Below are positions 1 through 15,343 of a DNA stretch of 64,000 nucleotides, one piece after another. How positions within the stretch are numbered: position 1 is the first letter of the stretch; the number at the start of each line of letters is the position of its first letter. A program made the translations under genes and the position numbers. Source of the stretch: Alphaproteobacteria bacterium (GTDB taxonomy: Bacteria > Pseudomonadota > Alphaproteobacteria > UBA828); assembly GCA_963422645.2 (NCBI GenBank), contig CAXXVO010000011.1, positions 27,893-91,892 of the forward strand, given 5' to 3'. The notes beneath the pieces were generated by a model that saw only the letters and a program-made list of their open reading frames with translations, made no database searches and had not been told where the DNA came from.

Positions 1-1134
1 GTTGATGCGGCCGAGCAGCAGGTTGGCGTCGGTGACCGCCGGGCGCTCGCCGCCGGCGCCGTAGCAGGCGGGGCCGGGGTTAGCGCCCGCGCTCTCGGGC
101 CCCACGCGCAGCATGCCGCCCTTGTCGATCCAGGCGATGGAGCCGCCGCCGGCGCCGATGGTGCGGATATCGATCATGGGGATCTGGATGGGGACGCCGA
201 ACTCCACCTCGTAATCGGTGGTGAAGTTCTCCTGACCGCCAACGATGGTCGACGTGTCGGTCGACGTGCCGCCCATGTCGAGGGTGACGAGGTGGCTGAT
301 CCCGCTCAGCTTGGCGACATGCTTGCCCGCAATCACGCCGCCGGTGGGGCCGGACACGGTCATCTGGATCGGCGTGCGCTGCGCCGCCTCCAGAGTCATC
401 TCGCCGCCGTTCGACTTGATGACCACGGCCTGATCGGTGACCCCGCTCTCCCTGAAGAGCTCCCGCAGGCTCGCGACCTGACTGTTCACCACCGGCTTGA
501 CGTAGGCGTCGGCGATGGTGGTGGATGCGCGCTCGTATTCCTTCCACTTCGGCAGCACGTCGTAGGAGATGGAGATCGGAATATCCGGCAGCTCCTCCTC
601 CAGAATCTCCTTGGCGCGCCGTTCGTGATCAGGCGTCACGTACGAGAACAGGAAGTTGACGGCCACCGCCTCGATGGAGCCTTCCTCCCTGATCTGTTGC
701 GCGATAGCGCGGACCCCGTCCTCGTCGAGCGGCACATGGACCGTGCCGTCGGACATGATCCGCTCGTTCACTTCGTAGCAGTGACGGCGCTTCACCAGCG
801 GCTTCGGCTTGATCCAGGTGATGTCGTAGTGGCTGCGCCGGTTTCCCCGCTGGATGAAGGGAATGTCGCGAAAGCCCTCGGTGGTCACGTAGGCCACCTT
901 GGCGCCCTTGCGCTCCAGGATCGCGTTGGTGGCGACCGTGGTCCCGAGCCTGATGTTTCGGATGTCCGACGGCGCCTCGAAACGCCCGAGGCCGCCCAGG
1001 ATGCCTTCGTTGGGGTCGTGAGGCGTCGACAGGATCTTCCAAACATCGATCGCCCTGGTCTCAGAATTGTAGCTCACGAAATCAGTGAATGTACCACCCA
1101 CATCGATCCCGACCAGATAATCTGTCAACGCCAC
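1..1134 (-). CDS. hydantoinase/oxoprolinase family protein, HyuA-like (5' part only; gene runs off the window start)
   Basis: My own minus-strand translation from GTG at 1134-1132 gives VALTDYLVGIDVGGTFTDFVSYNSE. The frame stays open to base 1 and contains HLVTLDMGGTSTD and TIGAGGGSIAWIDK motifs typical of the HyuA/oxoprolinase ATPase fold. It is absent from the ORF track because there is no stop codon inside the window. Confidence 0.8.
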   Translation of the reverse strand, partial: MALTDYLVGIDVGGTFTDFVSYNSETRAIDVWKILSTPHDPNEGILGGLGRFEAPSDIRNIRLGTTVATNAILERKGAKVAYVTTEGFRDIPFIQRGNRRSHYDITWIKPKPLVKRRHCYEVNERIMSDGTVHVPLDEDGVRAIAQQIREEGSIEAVAVNFLFSYVTPDHERRAKEILEEELPDIPISISYDVLPKWKEYERASTTIADAYVKPVVNSQVASLRELFRESGVTDQAVVIKSNGGEMTLEAAQRTPIQMTVSGPTGGVIAGKHVAKLSGISHLVTLDMGGTSTDTSTIVGGQENFTTDYEVEFGVPIQIPMIDIRTIGAGGGSIAWIDKGGMLRVGPESAGANPGPACYGAGGERPAVTDANLLLGRIN

Positions 1135-1412
1135 TCTCCCACGCGTTAAAGCGCGCGCCGGGCCAATCGGACTCGACGACGCACCGGTTCGATCATATCC
1201 CGGCCTCCCCGTGTGCCGGACGGCAGAATGTTATGGGGAGAGCGGCCCTGAGGCAACCGCGCCTCCCCCCCGCGCCTCCCCGCTCGCGATCTCGGACTCT
1301 CAAGCTCCGTTGCCAGACACCCGCCTGCTTTGCGTGAGCTCGCCATGCCTTGACTCCGGGCAGCGCATCAAAGATTGACGGGCCTCGGTCAGCACTCCCG
1401 TGGAGTCGCATC

Positions 1413-1732
1413 ATGCACTGGCTCTTTCTCGCCTTCGCCATAATCTTCGAGGTCGGCGGCACGACCTCCATGAAGCTGAGCGAGGGGCTGACCAAGCCCG
1501 TCTTCACGGCGCTAATATTCATCCTCTACGGCGCCAGCTTCGTGTTGTTCGCGCTTGCACTGAAGAAGCTCGACCTCGGCCTGTCCTACGCAATCTGGGC
1601 AGGCATCGGAACGGCGGTAATCGCCGTGATCGGCTACGTCTGGTTCAAGGAGCCGATGGGGCCGCTCAGAATCGGCTCCATCACCCTCATCATCATCGGC
1701 GTGGTCGGGCTCAACCTCTCCCGCGGCGCACA

Positions 1733-1736
<4 letters not shown>
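1413..1736 (+). CDS. SMR-family small multidrug/guanidinium-type efflux protein (EmrE/SugE-like)
   Basis: Internal ATG at 1413 of ORF 1350..1736 gives about 107 aa, [25 protein letters not shown]. It has four hydrophobic segments and the conserved membrane Glu in the FEV motif. Confidence 0.8.
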
Positions 1737-6205
<4,469 letters not shown>

Positions 6206-6214
6206 CTGCCCGCG

Positions 6215-7051
6215 TCAGAACACGTCGCCGAAGACCCGGCTGATCCAGGACTCCTCGTCGACCTCGGGCTTGAGATCGGAGTCGACGAGCAGGGCATAGC
6301 TGTGCTGGTACCACCGGCTGCCCGGGTAGTTGTGGCCGAGGACGGCGGCCGAGGTCTGCGCCTCGTTGGGCACGCCGAGCGCCAGATACGCCTCGGTCAG
6401 GCGGTGCAGCGCCTCCGGCGTGTGACTCGTGGTCTGGTATTGTTCGACGACCATGCGGAAGCGCCCGATCGCCGCGATGGGGTTCTCGCGGCGCAGGTAG
6501 TAGCGGCCGACGGTCATCTCCTTGCCGGCGAGATGATCGCGCGCCAGATCGATCTTGAGGCGGACATCGCGCGCATAGACGCTGTCGGGAAAACGGCGCG
6601 CCACCTCTTCCAGCGCCTGCAACGCACGCGCCGTCGCCCCCTGATCGCGGCCTACGTCCGAGATTTGTTCGTAATGGGACATGGCGACCAAGTAGTAGCC
6701 ATACGCGGCGTCGCGATGGCCCGGGTGCAGCTCGACGAAACGTTCGGCTGCGGCGATGGCCTCGTCGTAGCGATTGCCCTGGTAATAGACGTACGCCGAC
6801 ATGATCTGCGCCCGCGTCGCCCACACGGAATAGGGGTGCTGGCGCTCGACCTCGAGGAAGCCCGTCGCAGCGTCCTCCAGGTCGTCGTCCAGCAGGCTGT
6901 CCATCGCCTCGTTGTAGAGCTCCTCGACGGAACGTTCGACGTAGGCCCCCTCGTCTCCCGTCGCACAGCCCACGAGCAGTGCCAAGACCAGCCCGATCGA
7001 CGCTACAAGCGCCACCGGGGTGGCGGGAACCAACGTGCGCATTCGCCTCAT
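6215..7051 (-). CDS. bamD: outer membrane protein assembly factor BamD (TPR lipoprotein)
   Basis: 278 aa with a lipoprotein-type signal (LLVGCATG) and TPR-like repeats. It occupies the conserved position upstream of recN-ligA. Confidence 0.85.
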   Translation of the reverse strand: MRRMRTLVPATPVALVASIGLVLALLVGCATGDEGAYVERSVEELYNEAMDSLLDDDLEDAATGFLEVERQHPYSVWATRAQIMSAYVYYQGNRYDEAIAAAERFVELHPGHRDAAYGYYLVAMSHYEQISDVGRDQGATARALQALEEVARRFPDSVYARDVRLKIDLARDHLAGKEMTVGRYYLRRENPIAAIGRFRMVVEQYQTTSHTPEALHRLTEAYLALGVPNEAQTSAAVLGHNYPGSRWYQHSYALLVDSDLKPEVDEESWISRVFGDVF

Positions 7052-8469
7052 GACTGGCCTTGCCCCTCATGCTCGACCAACTCGTCGGCCGGCTCTTCAA
7101 TACTCTCCTGCCTCGCGGCTTCTTCGGCGGCGGCGGCAGCGGCGGCCTCCGCGATGCGGTCTTCCCGCACCTCTTCCAACGCCTCCACCAGATCGCGCGT
7201 GATCTGCGGTACCATGCGCAGCCCATTCTCCCTCAAGAAATGCCCGGTCGCCTCGATAGTGAGCTGGCCGGCGACTCCGTCCACCGCCGCATCATAGTAT
7301 CCCAGCGACTTCAGCAGCCGTTGCGCGTAAATGGCGGAATCGCGGAATCCGTTCGCAGGCCTCGGCAGGGCAACGCCGAAAGTGGGCTCCTCCGCTGCGT
7401 CCTCGGCGTCTGCTTGGGCCAGGAACTCGGTGCTCAGCGAATCCGCCTTGGCACGCTCCTGCGGCGATATCAGGCGGCTGAGCCGGTCGCGGTAGTTGAT
7501 CGCATCTTCGCCGGCGGGGCCTTCGGCATGGGCGGCGAGGCTGAACCAGGCCATCGCCCGGATCAGATCTCGCTCGACGCCGAGGCCATTGGCATAGAGA
7601 AGGCCGAGGCCGTTCTGCCCCAGCGCGTCGCCCTGCACGGCAGCGGCCTTGTACCAGTGGTAGGCCTGTTCGAAGTCACGGGTCACGCCCCGGCCGAGGT
7701 AGTGAAGCGCCGCCAGATTGCTCTGGGCGATGGCGAGACCCTTGCGCGCCGCACGGCGGTACCACACGACCGCCTTGTCGTAGTCCCGGACGCCGAGCAA
7801 TCCCTTCTCGTAGATGAAGCCGAGATTGTTCATGGCCCGCGCCTCGCCGGCGTCGGCGGCGCGAGTGTACCACTCCCGCGCCTGCCCGATATCCCGCGGT
7901 GTACCCAGCCCTTCGTCGTAGAGGGTCGCCAGATTGTACTGGGCGTCGGTCAGGCCCTGCTCGGCCGCGCGATGGTACCAACCCGCAGCCGTCGCATGAT
8001 TCTGGGTGACTCCGAGCCCGCGGTCGTAGGCGACGCCAAGCTCGTACTGGGCCTCGGCGAGACCGCGCCGCGCGGCGGTTTCGAGAAGCTTGATCTGCTC
8101 CTCATCCGGCTCGGGCTCGAGCACACCCGTGCGTTGCAGACGCGCCAATGCGAGCCGGGCAAGGTCGACCCGTCGCGATGCCGCGGCGCGGTACCAGCGC
8201 GCCGCCTGCTCGGCATCAGCTTCCACGCCAAGGCCGTTCTCGTAGAGCGTACCCAGGTTGAACTGCGCGTCGACGTCGCCGGCGTAGGCGAGCGTGGACC
8301 AGATGGCGCGGGCCGCGCCGTAATCTCCCTGCCGAAACGCTTCATAGGCCTCGAAGAAGTCCGCCGCCGCTGCCTTCGGTGTGGCGCATGCAGACATGCA
8401 AAGCGCTGCCGCCCCCACGCAGGCAGTCAACGCGAATGTCCGGAATGCTCGCAAGGAGTCGCGGTCCAT
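7048..8469 (-). CDS. Sel1-repeat (SLR) protein with C-terminal peptidoglycan-binding domain
   Basis: Tandem repeats of about 36 aa of the form A..WY.KAA.QG...AQ..LG..Y..G.GV. The C-terminal region LLKSLGYYDAAVDGVAGQLTIEATGHFLRENGL resembles a PG_binding_1 domain. Probable start is M23 (8469), ahead of the signal/lipobox-like LCMSAC. ATGA overlap with bamD. Confidence 0.75.
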   Translation of the reverse strand: MDRDSLRAFRTFALTACVGAAALCMSACATPKAAAADFFEAYEAFRQGDYGAARAIWSTLAYAGDVDAQFNLGTLYENGLGVEADAEQAARWYRAAASRRVDLARLALARLQRTGVLEPEPDEEQIKLLETAARRGLAEAQYELGVAYDRGLGVTQNHATAAGWYHRAAEQGLTDAQYNLATLYDEGLGTPRDIGQAREWYTRAADAGEARAMNNLGFIYEKGLLGVRDYDKAVVWYRRAARKGLAIAQSNLAALHYLGRGVTRDFEQAYHWYKAAAVQGDALGQNGLGLLYANGLGVERDLIRAMAWFSLAAHAEGPAGEDAINYRDRLSRLISPQERAKADSLSTEFLAQADAEDAAEEPTFGVALPRPANGFRDSAIYAQRLLKSLGYYDAAVDGVAGQLTIEATGHFLRENGLRMVPQITRDLVEALEEVREDRIAEAAAAAAAEEAARQESIEEPADELVEHEGQGQS

Positions 8470-8565
8470 GCCGTTGGCGGAACCCGATCGTTGCTGCGCG
8501 GCGCACGGCGCCGCAGCCCCTGCCTCACCTTGCACGCCTGTTCTCGATCGTCAATAAACTGTTGC

Positions 8566-9348
8566 ATGCGCCTGCGGATATTCCAGATCGATGCGTTCGC
8601 CGATGCGGTGTTCGGCGGCAATCCGGCTGCGGTGTGCCCCCTGGAATCGTGGCTCGACGATGCCAAGCTGCAGGCCATCGCGAACGAGAACAACCTGTCG
8701 GAGACCGCTTTCTTCGTGCCGGATAAGGGTGCCTATGCGTTGCGCTGGTTCACGCCCTTGGCCGAAGTCGATCTGTGTGGTCACGCGACCCTCGCCAGCG
8801 CCTACGTCGTGTTCCATCATCTGCAGCGTGACGCCGATTCGGTCGCCTTCGAGACCAGGAGCGGCCGCCTCGAGGTGACCCGCGGCGACGACGGTCTCAC
8901 CATGGATTTCCCGGCGCTGGCCGCGCACCCCGTCGAGTCGCCGGCCGGCCTTGCCGAGGGTCTCGGTGCCGCGCCCGAAGCAGTGTTTGCCGACATGGAC
9001 TATCTCGCGCCCTTCGAAACCGAAGCCGAAATCAGAGCGATCCAGCCCGACATGACGGCGTTGGCCCGCCTCGACGAGCGGCGCGGGGTCATCGTGACCG
9101 CGCCGGGCGAGAGCGCGGACTTCGTCTCGCGCTTCTTCTGCCCCCGACTCGGGGTTCCCGAAGACCCGGTCACCGGGTCCGCCCATTGCATGCTCGCGCC
9201 GTTCTGGGCGGAACGCCTGGGCAAGACGGTCCTTCACGCCCGTCAGGTCTCGGCGCGCGGCGGGGCGGTGCGGTGCACGGTCGCAGGCGACCGTGTCCGG
9301 CTCGCCGGCCGCGCCGTGCAGTATCTCGAGGGGACGATCGCGGTCTGA
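8566..9348 (+). CDS. PhzF-family isomerase
   Basis: ATG at 8566 inside long ORF 7060..9348. The product begins MRLRIFQIDAFADAVFGGNPAAV and contains NLSETAF, DLCGHATLA and PVTGSAHC, typical PhzF-family motifs. Confidence 0.88.
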   Translation: MRLRIFQIDAFADAVFGGNPAAVCPLESWLDDAKLQAIANENNLSETAFFVPDKGAYALRWFTPLAEVDLCGHATLASAYVVFHHLQRDADSVAFETRSGRLEVTRGDDGLTMDFPALAAHPVESPAGLAEGLGAAPEAVFADMDYLAPFETEAEIRAIQPDMTALARLDERRGVIVTAPGESADFVSRFFCPRLGVPEDPVTGSAHCMLAPFWAERLGKTVLHARQVSARGGAVRCTVAGDRVRLAGRAVQYLEGTIAV

Positions 9349-9380
9349 GCCCGAGAGGCCTGTACCGACCGTTCCGCCCC

Positions 9381-10541
9381 ATGAAGCCCAGCGTCCGTCC
9401 CGACAACCCGCTCTTCTCCTCCGGGCCCTGCCCCAAGCGCCCCGGTTGGTCCGTCGACGTCCTTTCGGGCGCGCTCCTTGGCCGGTCTCACCGGGCAAGA
9501 GAGCCATTGGCGCGGATTCAGGAGCTGCTGGAGCGCTCGCGCGCGCTTCTCGGCCTGCCGGACGAGTGGCGCATCGGGATCGTGCCGGGCTCCGATACGG
9601 GCGCCATCGAGATGGCCATGTGGTCGCTGCTCGGCCCGCGTGGAGTCGACCTTCTGCGCTGGGACAATTTCGGCGCGCTCTGGGCTTTTGACGGCGAGCG
9701 CGAGCTGCGCCCGCTGGATGCACGGGTAATCGACGCGCCTTACGGCCGCCTGCCCGATCTCGCGCAGGTCGACCCGAAGCGCGACACGGTGTTCGTCTGG
9801 AACGGCACCACGTCTGGCGTACGGGTGCCTGACGCAGAATGGATCGCCGCCGACCGTGCAGGGCTCACGCTCTGTGACGCCACCTCCGCCGTCCTCGCCT
9901 ATCCAATGGACTGGACCAAGCTCGATGCGACCACCTACTCGTGGCAAAAGGTGCTGGGCGGCGAGGCCGGGTTCGGCATGCTGATCCTGGGTCCTCGGGC
10001 GGTGGAGCGGCTGGAGAGCGAGGCGCCGCCCTGGCCGGTGCCCCGGGTGTTCCGGCTCACGTCCGGCGACGGCAGGCTCAACGAGGGCATATTCCGGGGC
10101 GAGACCATCAACACGGTCTCGATGATGGCGGTCGAGGATGCGCTCGACGCGCTCCGCTGGATCGAATCGATCGGCGGCCAGCACGGCATGATCGCACGGT
10201 CACAAGCCAATTTCGGTGTCATCGATGCATGGGTCGCCGAGCGCGAGTGGGTCGACTTCCTGGCGGAGGCGCCGGAGACCCGCTCGCACACATCGGTGTG
10301 CCTCAGCATCGCCGACCCCTGGTTCAACGACCTCGGCACCGACGAGCAGTGGGACGCGATCAAGCTCATGTGCGCGCTGCTGGAGTCGGAGAGCGCCGCA
10401 TATGATATCAAGACCCACCGGGCCGCTCCGCCGGGGCTTCGCATCTGGTGCGGCGGTACGGTTCAGCGCGGCGATCTCGAAGCACTGACTCTGTGGCTCG
10501 ATTGGGCCTGGGACGAGATGCGCCGGCAGGGAGCGGGCTGA
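9381..10541 (+). CDS. serC: phosphoserine aminotransferase
   Basis: ATG at 9381 inside ORF 9186..10541. The product begins MKPSVRPDNPLFSSGPCPKRPGW and contains GSDTGAIEMA and YSWQKVLGGE. It lies immediately upstream of serA. Confidence 0.88.
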   Translation: MKPSVRPDNPLFSSGPCPKRPGWSVDVLSGALLGRSHRAREPLARIQELLERSRALLGLPDEWRIGIVPGSDTGAIEMAMWSLLGPRGVDLLRWDNFGALWAFDGERELRPLDARVIDAPYGRLPDLAQVDPKRDTVFVWNGTTSGVRVPDAEWIAADRAGLTLCDATSAVLAYPMDWTKLDATTYSWQKVLGGEAGFGMLILGPRAVERLESEAPPWPVPRVFRLTSGDGRLNEGIFRGETINTVSMMAVEDALDALRWIESIGGQHGMIARSQANFGVIDAWVAEREWVDFLAEAPETRSHTSVCLSIADPWFNDLGTDEQWDAIKLMCALLESESAAYDIKTHRAAPPGLRIWCGGTVQRGDLEALTLWLDWAWDEMRRQGAG

Positions 10542-10568
10542 ACCGCCCAGCCGCAGGGACCGGACGCG

Positions 10569-12149
10569 ATGCCGAGAGTCCTGATAGCAGACGAGGTCAG
10601 CGAGGTCGCCGTGCAGGCGTTCGCAGAGCGCGGCATCGAGGTCAGCGTGCGACCGGGGCTCGCGCCCGCGGCGCTGGCCCAAATCATCGGCGACTATGAG
10701 GGCCTGGTCGTCCGCTCCGCGACCAGAGTGACCCCGGACCTGCTGTCGCAGGCGATCCGGCTCAAGGTCATAGGCCGGGCGGGCACCGGCGTCGATAACG
10801 TCGACATAGACGCAGCAACCAAGCGCGGCATCGTGGTCATGAACACGCCCCACGGCAATTCCGTGACCGCGGCCGAGCACACCATCGCCATGATGTGCGC
10901 GCTTGCGCGGCGCATTCCGCAGGCCGACCGCTCCACCCGCAAGGGCAATTGGGAGCGCGGCCGTTTTATGGGCGTCGAGCTTCGCGACAAGACGCTTGGA
11001 GTCGTGGGCTGCGGCACCATCGGCGCCATCGTCGCGACCCTCGCCCAAGGGCTCAAGATGCGGGTCATCGCCTTCGACCCCTACCTCGCGCCGGACCGCG
11101 CCGCCTCCCTCGGCGTGGTCCTGGCGACGATGGACGAGTTGCTCAACGACGCCGACGTCATCACCTTGCACGTCCCGCTCACGGACGAGACGCGGGGGAT
11201 CATCGACGCCGACGCGCTGGCCAGGACCAAGCCGGGCGTTCGCATCGTGAACTGCGCGCGGGGCGGGCTGGTCGTGGAGGCGGACCTCATGCGTGCCATC
11301 GAGAGCGGCCATGTGGCAGGCGCGGCGCTCGACGTGTTCGAGGAGGAGCCGGCGCAGGAGGACAACCCGCTCTTCGCCCTGGACGAGGTAATTGCGACCC
11401 CTCACCTCGGCGCCTCCACGGTCGAGGCGCAGGAGAATGTGGCGCACCAGATCGCGCAGCAGATGGCCGAGTACCTGCTGACCGGAACGGTCCTGAACGC
11501 GGTCAACACGCCCTCGGTCGCGCCTGAAGACTTGGCGAAGCTCGGCCCCTACCTGACCCTGGCCGAGCAAATTGGGAGCTTTGCCGGCCAGATCGCTGAA
11601 GGCCGCATCCGCGGCGTCACGGTCGCCTACGAAGGTCAGGCCAGCGCGCTCGATTCGCGGCTGCTCACCGCCGCCGCCCTCCAGGGCCTGCTCGCCCCGC
11701 GTCTGGACAATATCAACATCGTCAACGCCCCCTTCATCGCCCGCGAGCGCGGCATCGCGGTGCGCGAAATCAAGAGCGCGACGACGGCGGATTATCAGAC
11801 CCTCATGCGCGTGGAGGTTCTGTCGCAGGATCAGCCGCAGGCGGTGGCTGGCACGCTCATCGGCCGCGGCGGGCGGCGAATCGTGGAAGTCGAAGGAATC
11901 GAGGTCGAGGCCGAGCTCGGCCCGCACATGCTCTACTTCACCAACGAGGACAGGCCGGGTCTGATCGGCACGGTGGCCACCGTCCTCGGCGAGGCCGGCA
12001 TCAATATCGCCACCTTCAACCTGGGGCGCAGGGAGCCGGGCGGCGATGCGATCGGCCTCATCGGCGTGGATTCGGTGGTGCCCGACGACGTGGTCGCCAA
12101 GCTGCAGGCCCGCGCCGCGGTCATCGACCTCAAGCGCCTGAACTTCTGA
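10569..12149 (+). CDS. serA: D-3-phosphoglycerate dehydrogenase (long form with ACT domain)
   Basis: 526 aa. It has the NAD-binding motif GVVGCGTIG, catalytic region residues RGG...D and HLG, and a C-terminal ACT-like region. Confidence 0.95.
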   Translation: MPRVLIADEVSEVAVQAFAERGIEVSVRPGLAPAALAQIIGDYEGLVVRSATRVTPDLLSQAIRLKVIGRAGTGVDNVDIDAATKRGIVVMNTPHGNSVTAAEHTIAMMCALARRIPQADRSTRKGNWERGRFMGVELRDKTLGVVGCGTIGAIVATLAQGLKMRVIAFDPYLAPDRAASLGVVLATMDELLNDADVITLHVPLTDETRGIIDADALARTKPGVRIVNCARGGLVVEADLMRAIESGHVAGAALDVFEEEPAQEDNPLFALDEVIATPHLGASTVEAQENVAHQIAQQMAEYLLTGTVLNAVNTPSVAPEDLAKLGPYLTLAEQIGSFAGQIAEGRIRGVTVAYEGQASALDSRLLTAAALQGLLAPRLDNINIVNAPFIARERGIAVREIKSATTADYQTLMRVEVLSQDQPQAVAGTLIGRGGRRIVEVEGIEVEAELGPHMLYFTNEDRPGLIGTVATVLGEAGINIATFNLGRREPGGDAIGLIGVDSVVPDDVVAKLQARAAVIDLKRLNF

Positions 12150-12209
12150 CAGCAGCGGACCTTCGGCTTAGCCGATGGGCCTGCGGCAAGGAAACGACGG
12201 ATCGACGAC

Positions 12210-13616
12210 ATGGGCCTCGGGCTGACGATCATCGCCATCGTGCTGGCGGCTCTCGCGGGCGCGGTGGTCTGCTTTGTCACACTCGTGCTCCCATCGACGC
12301 GGAGAGCGGCGCGGGAGCGGGAGGCGCGTGCAACGGAGACCGCCCGCCTCGCTGCCGCTGCCGAGCGTGTGCCAGGGCTCGAAGGAGAGAACACCACGCT
12401 GCGAGACCGGCTTCAGGACATCGACAGGAAGAAGGCGGCGCTCGAAGCGGCGTTGGAGGCAGAGCGCAAGAGCCACGAGGCGCGTGTCCAGGAACTCACG
12501 CGGATGGGCGCCGAGCTCGAGAAGAAGTTCGCGGGCCTGGCCTCGGAGGTGCTCGGCAAGAACAGCGAGAGCTTCCTGAAGCTCGTGAGCGAACGGTTCG
12601 AGAAGCACAGCGCGGGCGCCAAGGACGACCTGGAGAAGCGCCGCGTCGCGATCGAGACCCTGGTCAAGCCGCTGGGCGAAAGCCTTACCAAGTTCGAGCA
12701 CAAGGTGGACGCGATCGAGAAGGCGCGCGAGGGCGCCTACCGGGCCATCAGCGAGCAGGTGAAAAGCCTGGCGGAGGGGCAGACGGGCCTCCGCACGGAA
12801 ACCAGCCGCCTCGTGCAAGCGCTCCGGCGGCCCCAGACCCGCGGGCGCTGGGGCGAGTATCAGTTGAGGAACGTGCTCGACATGGCGGGCATGACCGAGC
12901 ACGTGGACTTCGTGGAGCAATCGACCATCGAGGGCGAAGAGGGCCGGTTGCGGCCGGACGTGATCATCCGCGTTCCCGGTGGCAAGTCGATCATCGTCGA
13001 TGCGAAGACTCCGCTCGACGCCTATCTCAGCGCCGTGGAGGCGCCCGACGAAGAGGCGCGCGAGCGCTTCATCGGCGATCATGCGCGCCAGGTCCGCGAC
13101 CACGTGCGCGCGCTCTCATCGCGGGACTACTGGAAGGCCCTGCCCGAGACGCCCGAGTTCGTCGTGATGTTCGTGCCCGGCGAATCATTCTTCACCGCAG
13201 CGATCGAGAGCGATCCCGAGTTGTTCGAGAATGCCGTGCGCCAGCGGGTCCTCATCAGCACACCGACCACCCTCATCGCGCTGGTAAAGACCATCGCCTA
13301 TGGCTGGCAGCAGGAGAAGCTGGCTGAGAACGCGCAGGTGGTGGCGTCTCAGGGCCGCGATCTTTACGAGCGGATCAAGGTCTTCGGTGGGCACATGGGC
13401 GATCTCGGCAAGTCACTGCGGCAGACGGTGGACCGCTACAACAAGGGCGTAGGCTCGCTCGAGAGTCGCGTGCTACCCGCCGCGCGCAAGTTCGAGACGC
13501 TGGGCGTTACCCCAGCCTCGTCCTCGATCCCGACGCTGGAGCCGGTCGAACTCGACCCCCGCGAGGCTCAGGCGGAGGAGCTGGTCGAGCCGCCGGCCGA
13601 AGAAGCGGCCGAATGA
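12210..13616 (+). CDS. rmuC: DNA recombination protein RmuC
   Basis: 468 aa with an N-terminal TM segment, a coiled coil, and the RmuC core (RGRWGEYQLRNVLD, IVDAKTPL, FVVMFVPGE). Confidence 0.9.
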   Translation: MGLGLTIIAIVLAALAGAVVCFVTLVLPSTRRAAREREARATETARLAAAAERVPGLEGENTTLRDRLQDIDRKKAALEAALEAERKSHEARVQELTRMGAELEKKFAGLASEVLGKNSESFLKLVSERFEKHSAGAKDDLEKRRVAIETLVKPLGESLTKFEHKVDAIEKAREGAYRAISEQVKSLAEGQTGLRTETSRLVQALRRPQTRGRWGEYQLRNVLDMAGMTEHVDFVEQSTIEGEEGRLRPDVIIRVPGGKSIIVDAKTPLDAYLSAVEAPDEEARERFIGDHARQVRDHVRALSSRDYWKALPETPEFVVMFVPGESFFTAAIESDPELFENAVRQRVLISTPTTLIALVKTIAYGWQQEKLAENAQVVASQGRDLYERIKVFGGHMGDLGKSLRQTVDRYNKGVGSLESRVLPAARKFETLGVTPASSSIPTLEPVELDPREAQAEELVEPPAEEAAE

Positions 13617-13638
13617 CGTTCAACAGAGACGGCTCGTC

Positions 13639-15039
13639 TCAGCACTCCGGCATGTTCACGGCGAGGCCGCCGAGGCTGGTTTCCTTGAACTTGGCGCTCA
13701 TTTCCCGCCCGGTCTCGCGCATTGCCTCGATGCAGTTGTCGAGCGGCATGAAGTGGGTGCCGTCGCCCCTGAGCGCGAGCGAGGCGGCGGCGACGGCCTT
13801 GGTCGCGCCGATGCCGTTGCGCTCGATGCACGGCACCTGGACGAGGCCGGCGACGGGGTCGCAGGTCATGCCGAGATGGTGCTCGAGCGCGATCTCGGCC
13901 GCGTTTTCCACCTGAGCCGGCGTGCCGCCGAGCACTGCGCAGAGACCGGCGGCGGCCATGGCGGCGGCGGAGCCGACCTCAGCCTGGCAGCCGGCATCGG
14001 CGCCGGAGATCGACGCGTTGGCCTTGATCAGGCCGCCGATCGCCGCGGCGGTGAGCAGGAATTCCCCGATCCGCTCCGTCTCGGCGCCAAAGCAATGGTC
14101 GAGGTAGTAGCGCAGCACGGCCGGGATCACGCCGGCGGCGCCGTTGGTGGGCGCGGTGACCACCTTGCCTCCGCCGGCGTTTTCTTCGTTGACCGCCATG
14201 GCGTAGACGGTGAGCCAGTCGGAATAGACGTGCGGCTGGGCGCTGTTGGAGCCCTGCTCATCACAGAGCTGTTCGAAGAGCGCACCCGCCCGCCGCTTCA
14301 CGCGCAGCCCGCCGGGGAGCTCGCCCTGGCCTGAGATCCCGCGATCGATGCAGGCGTCCATGGCACCCCAGAGCGCCGCGAGCCCGGCATCGACCTCGTC
14401 ATCGGAGCGTGTGGCGCGCTCGTTCGCCAGCATCATCTCGGCGATGGAGTTGCCGCTTTCTTCCGCCATCCGCAGCATGGCCGCGGCGTTCTTGAAGGGG
14501 AAGGGGACCTGCCCGTCCTGATCGTCTCCGGCGTCCTCCGCCCCCCGGGCGAGCTCTTCGGCCGTCACGATGAAGCCGCCGCCGATCGAATAGTAAATCT
14601 GGCTCAGATAGCCCACGCCCTCGGCGTTGACTGCATGGAATTCCATGCCGTTGGGATGGCCCGGGAGCGGCGGGCCATAGTCGAAGAAGATGTGGTGGTG
14701 CGGATCGAACACGATCGTGATGCCGCCGAGCGAAGGCAGAGTCTTGCTCCCCCTGAGGACCGCCACGTCAGCCTCGGCCTTGTCGATATCGATATCGCCG
14801 GCGCGGTGGCCGAGCAATCCGTACACGATCGCCCGATCCGTCGCATGGCCCCTGCCGGTGAAGGCCAGTGAGCCATGGAGCGAGACGTGAATTCGCAGCC
14901 ATGAGTCGGGCGGCGGGTCCGTTGCGACCCGCTCCGCCAGCAGCGCGAGGAATGACTCGGCAGCCGCCATCGGCCCCATGGTGTGGGACGAGGACGGGCC
15001 GATCCCGACCTTGAAGATTTCGAAGACGCTCAGGTGCAT
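13639..15039 (-). CDS. sdaA: L-serine ammonia-lyase, iron-sulfur dependent, single chain
   Basis: 466 aa starting [20 protein letters not shown], with alpha and beta domains and conserved Cys residues ([22 protein letters not shown]). Confidence 0.93.
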   Translation of the reverse strand: MHLSVFEIFKVGIGPSSSHTMGPMAAAESFLALLAERVATDPPPDSWLRIHVSLHGSLAFTGRGHATDRAIVYGLLGHRAGDIDIDKAEADVAVLRGSKTLPSLGGITIVFDPHHHIFFDYGPPLPGHPNGMEFHAVNAEGVGYLSQIYYSIGGGFIVTAEELARGAEDAGDDQDGQVPFPFKNAAAMLRMAEESGNSIAEMMLANERATRSDDEVDAGLAALWGAMDACIDRGISGQGELPGGLRVKRRAGALFEQLCDEQGSNSAQPHVYSDWLTVYAMAVNEENAGGGKVVTAPTNGAAGVIPAVLRYYLDHCFGAETERIGEFLLTAAAIGGLIKANASISGADAGCQAEVGSAAAMAAAGLCAVLGGTPAQVENAAEIALEHHLGMTCDPVAGLVQVPCIERNGIGATKAVAAASLALRGDGTHFMPLDNCIEAMRETGREMSAKFKETSLGGLAVNMPEC

Positions 15040-15343
15040 CGTGACGATGCTCGCCGATTGGCAGGGTCCCGCTGGCTTGCAGGCGACCTTCTACCGTCAA
15101 GTGGCGACGGCGGCGACCCGTTGCAAGACACCCATGCATGCCGCAGTCGCATGGGTGGGCCACCCACTCCTCATAGCGATCGGATCCCATAGTAATGTAA
15201 TTGTCGGATACGCGGGTGTCGGCGAAGATGCGGCGAGACCGGCGCCCGAGGGAGTCGAGACTGGCCCCTTCAGGCGCGCCGGCGCGAAGCAAGCGTCGCG
15301 CCGCGGCCAACACGGCACGCGGGCGGGACGCAGGAGGAGAGCC

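Noticed and set aside
1135-1412. Possible guanidine riboswitch upstream of the SMR-family gene
   Set aside because: SMR/Gdx genes often sit behind guanidine-I/II/III riboswitches, and I saw CCGGACGG and TGACGGG strings. I could not fold convincing ACGR-loop hairpins or find the ykkC conserved core. A covariance-model scan would be needed.
10200-13103. Minus-strand ORFs 10200..11927 (575 aa) and 12168..13103 (311 aa)
   Set aside because: They are antisense to serC/serA and rmuC. They have no motifs and a shadow-ORF composition.
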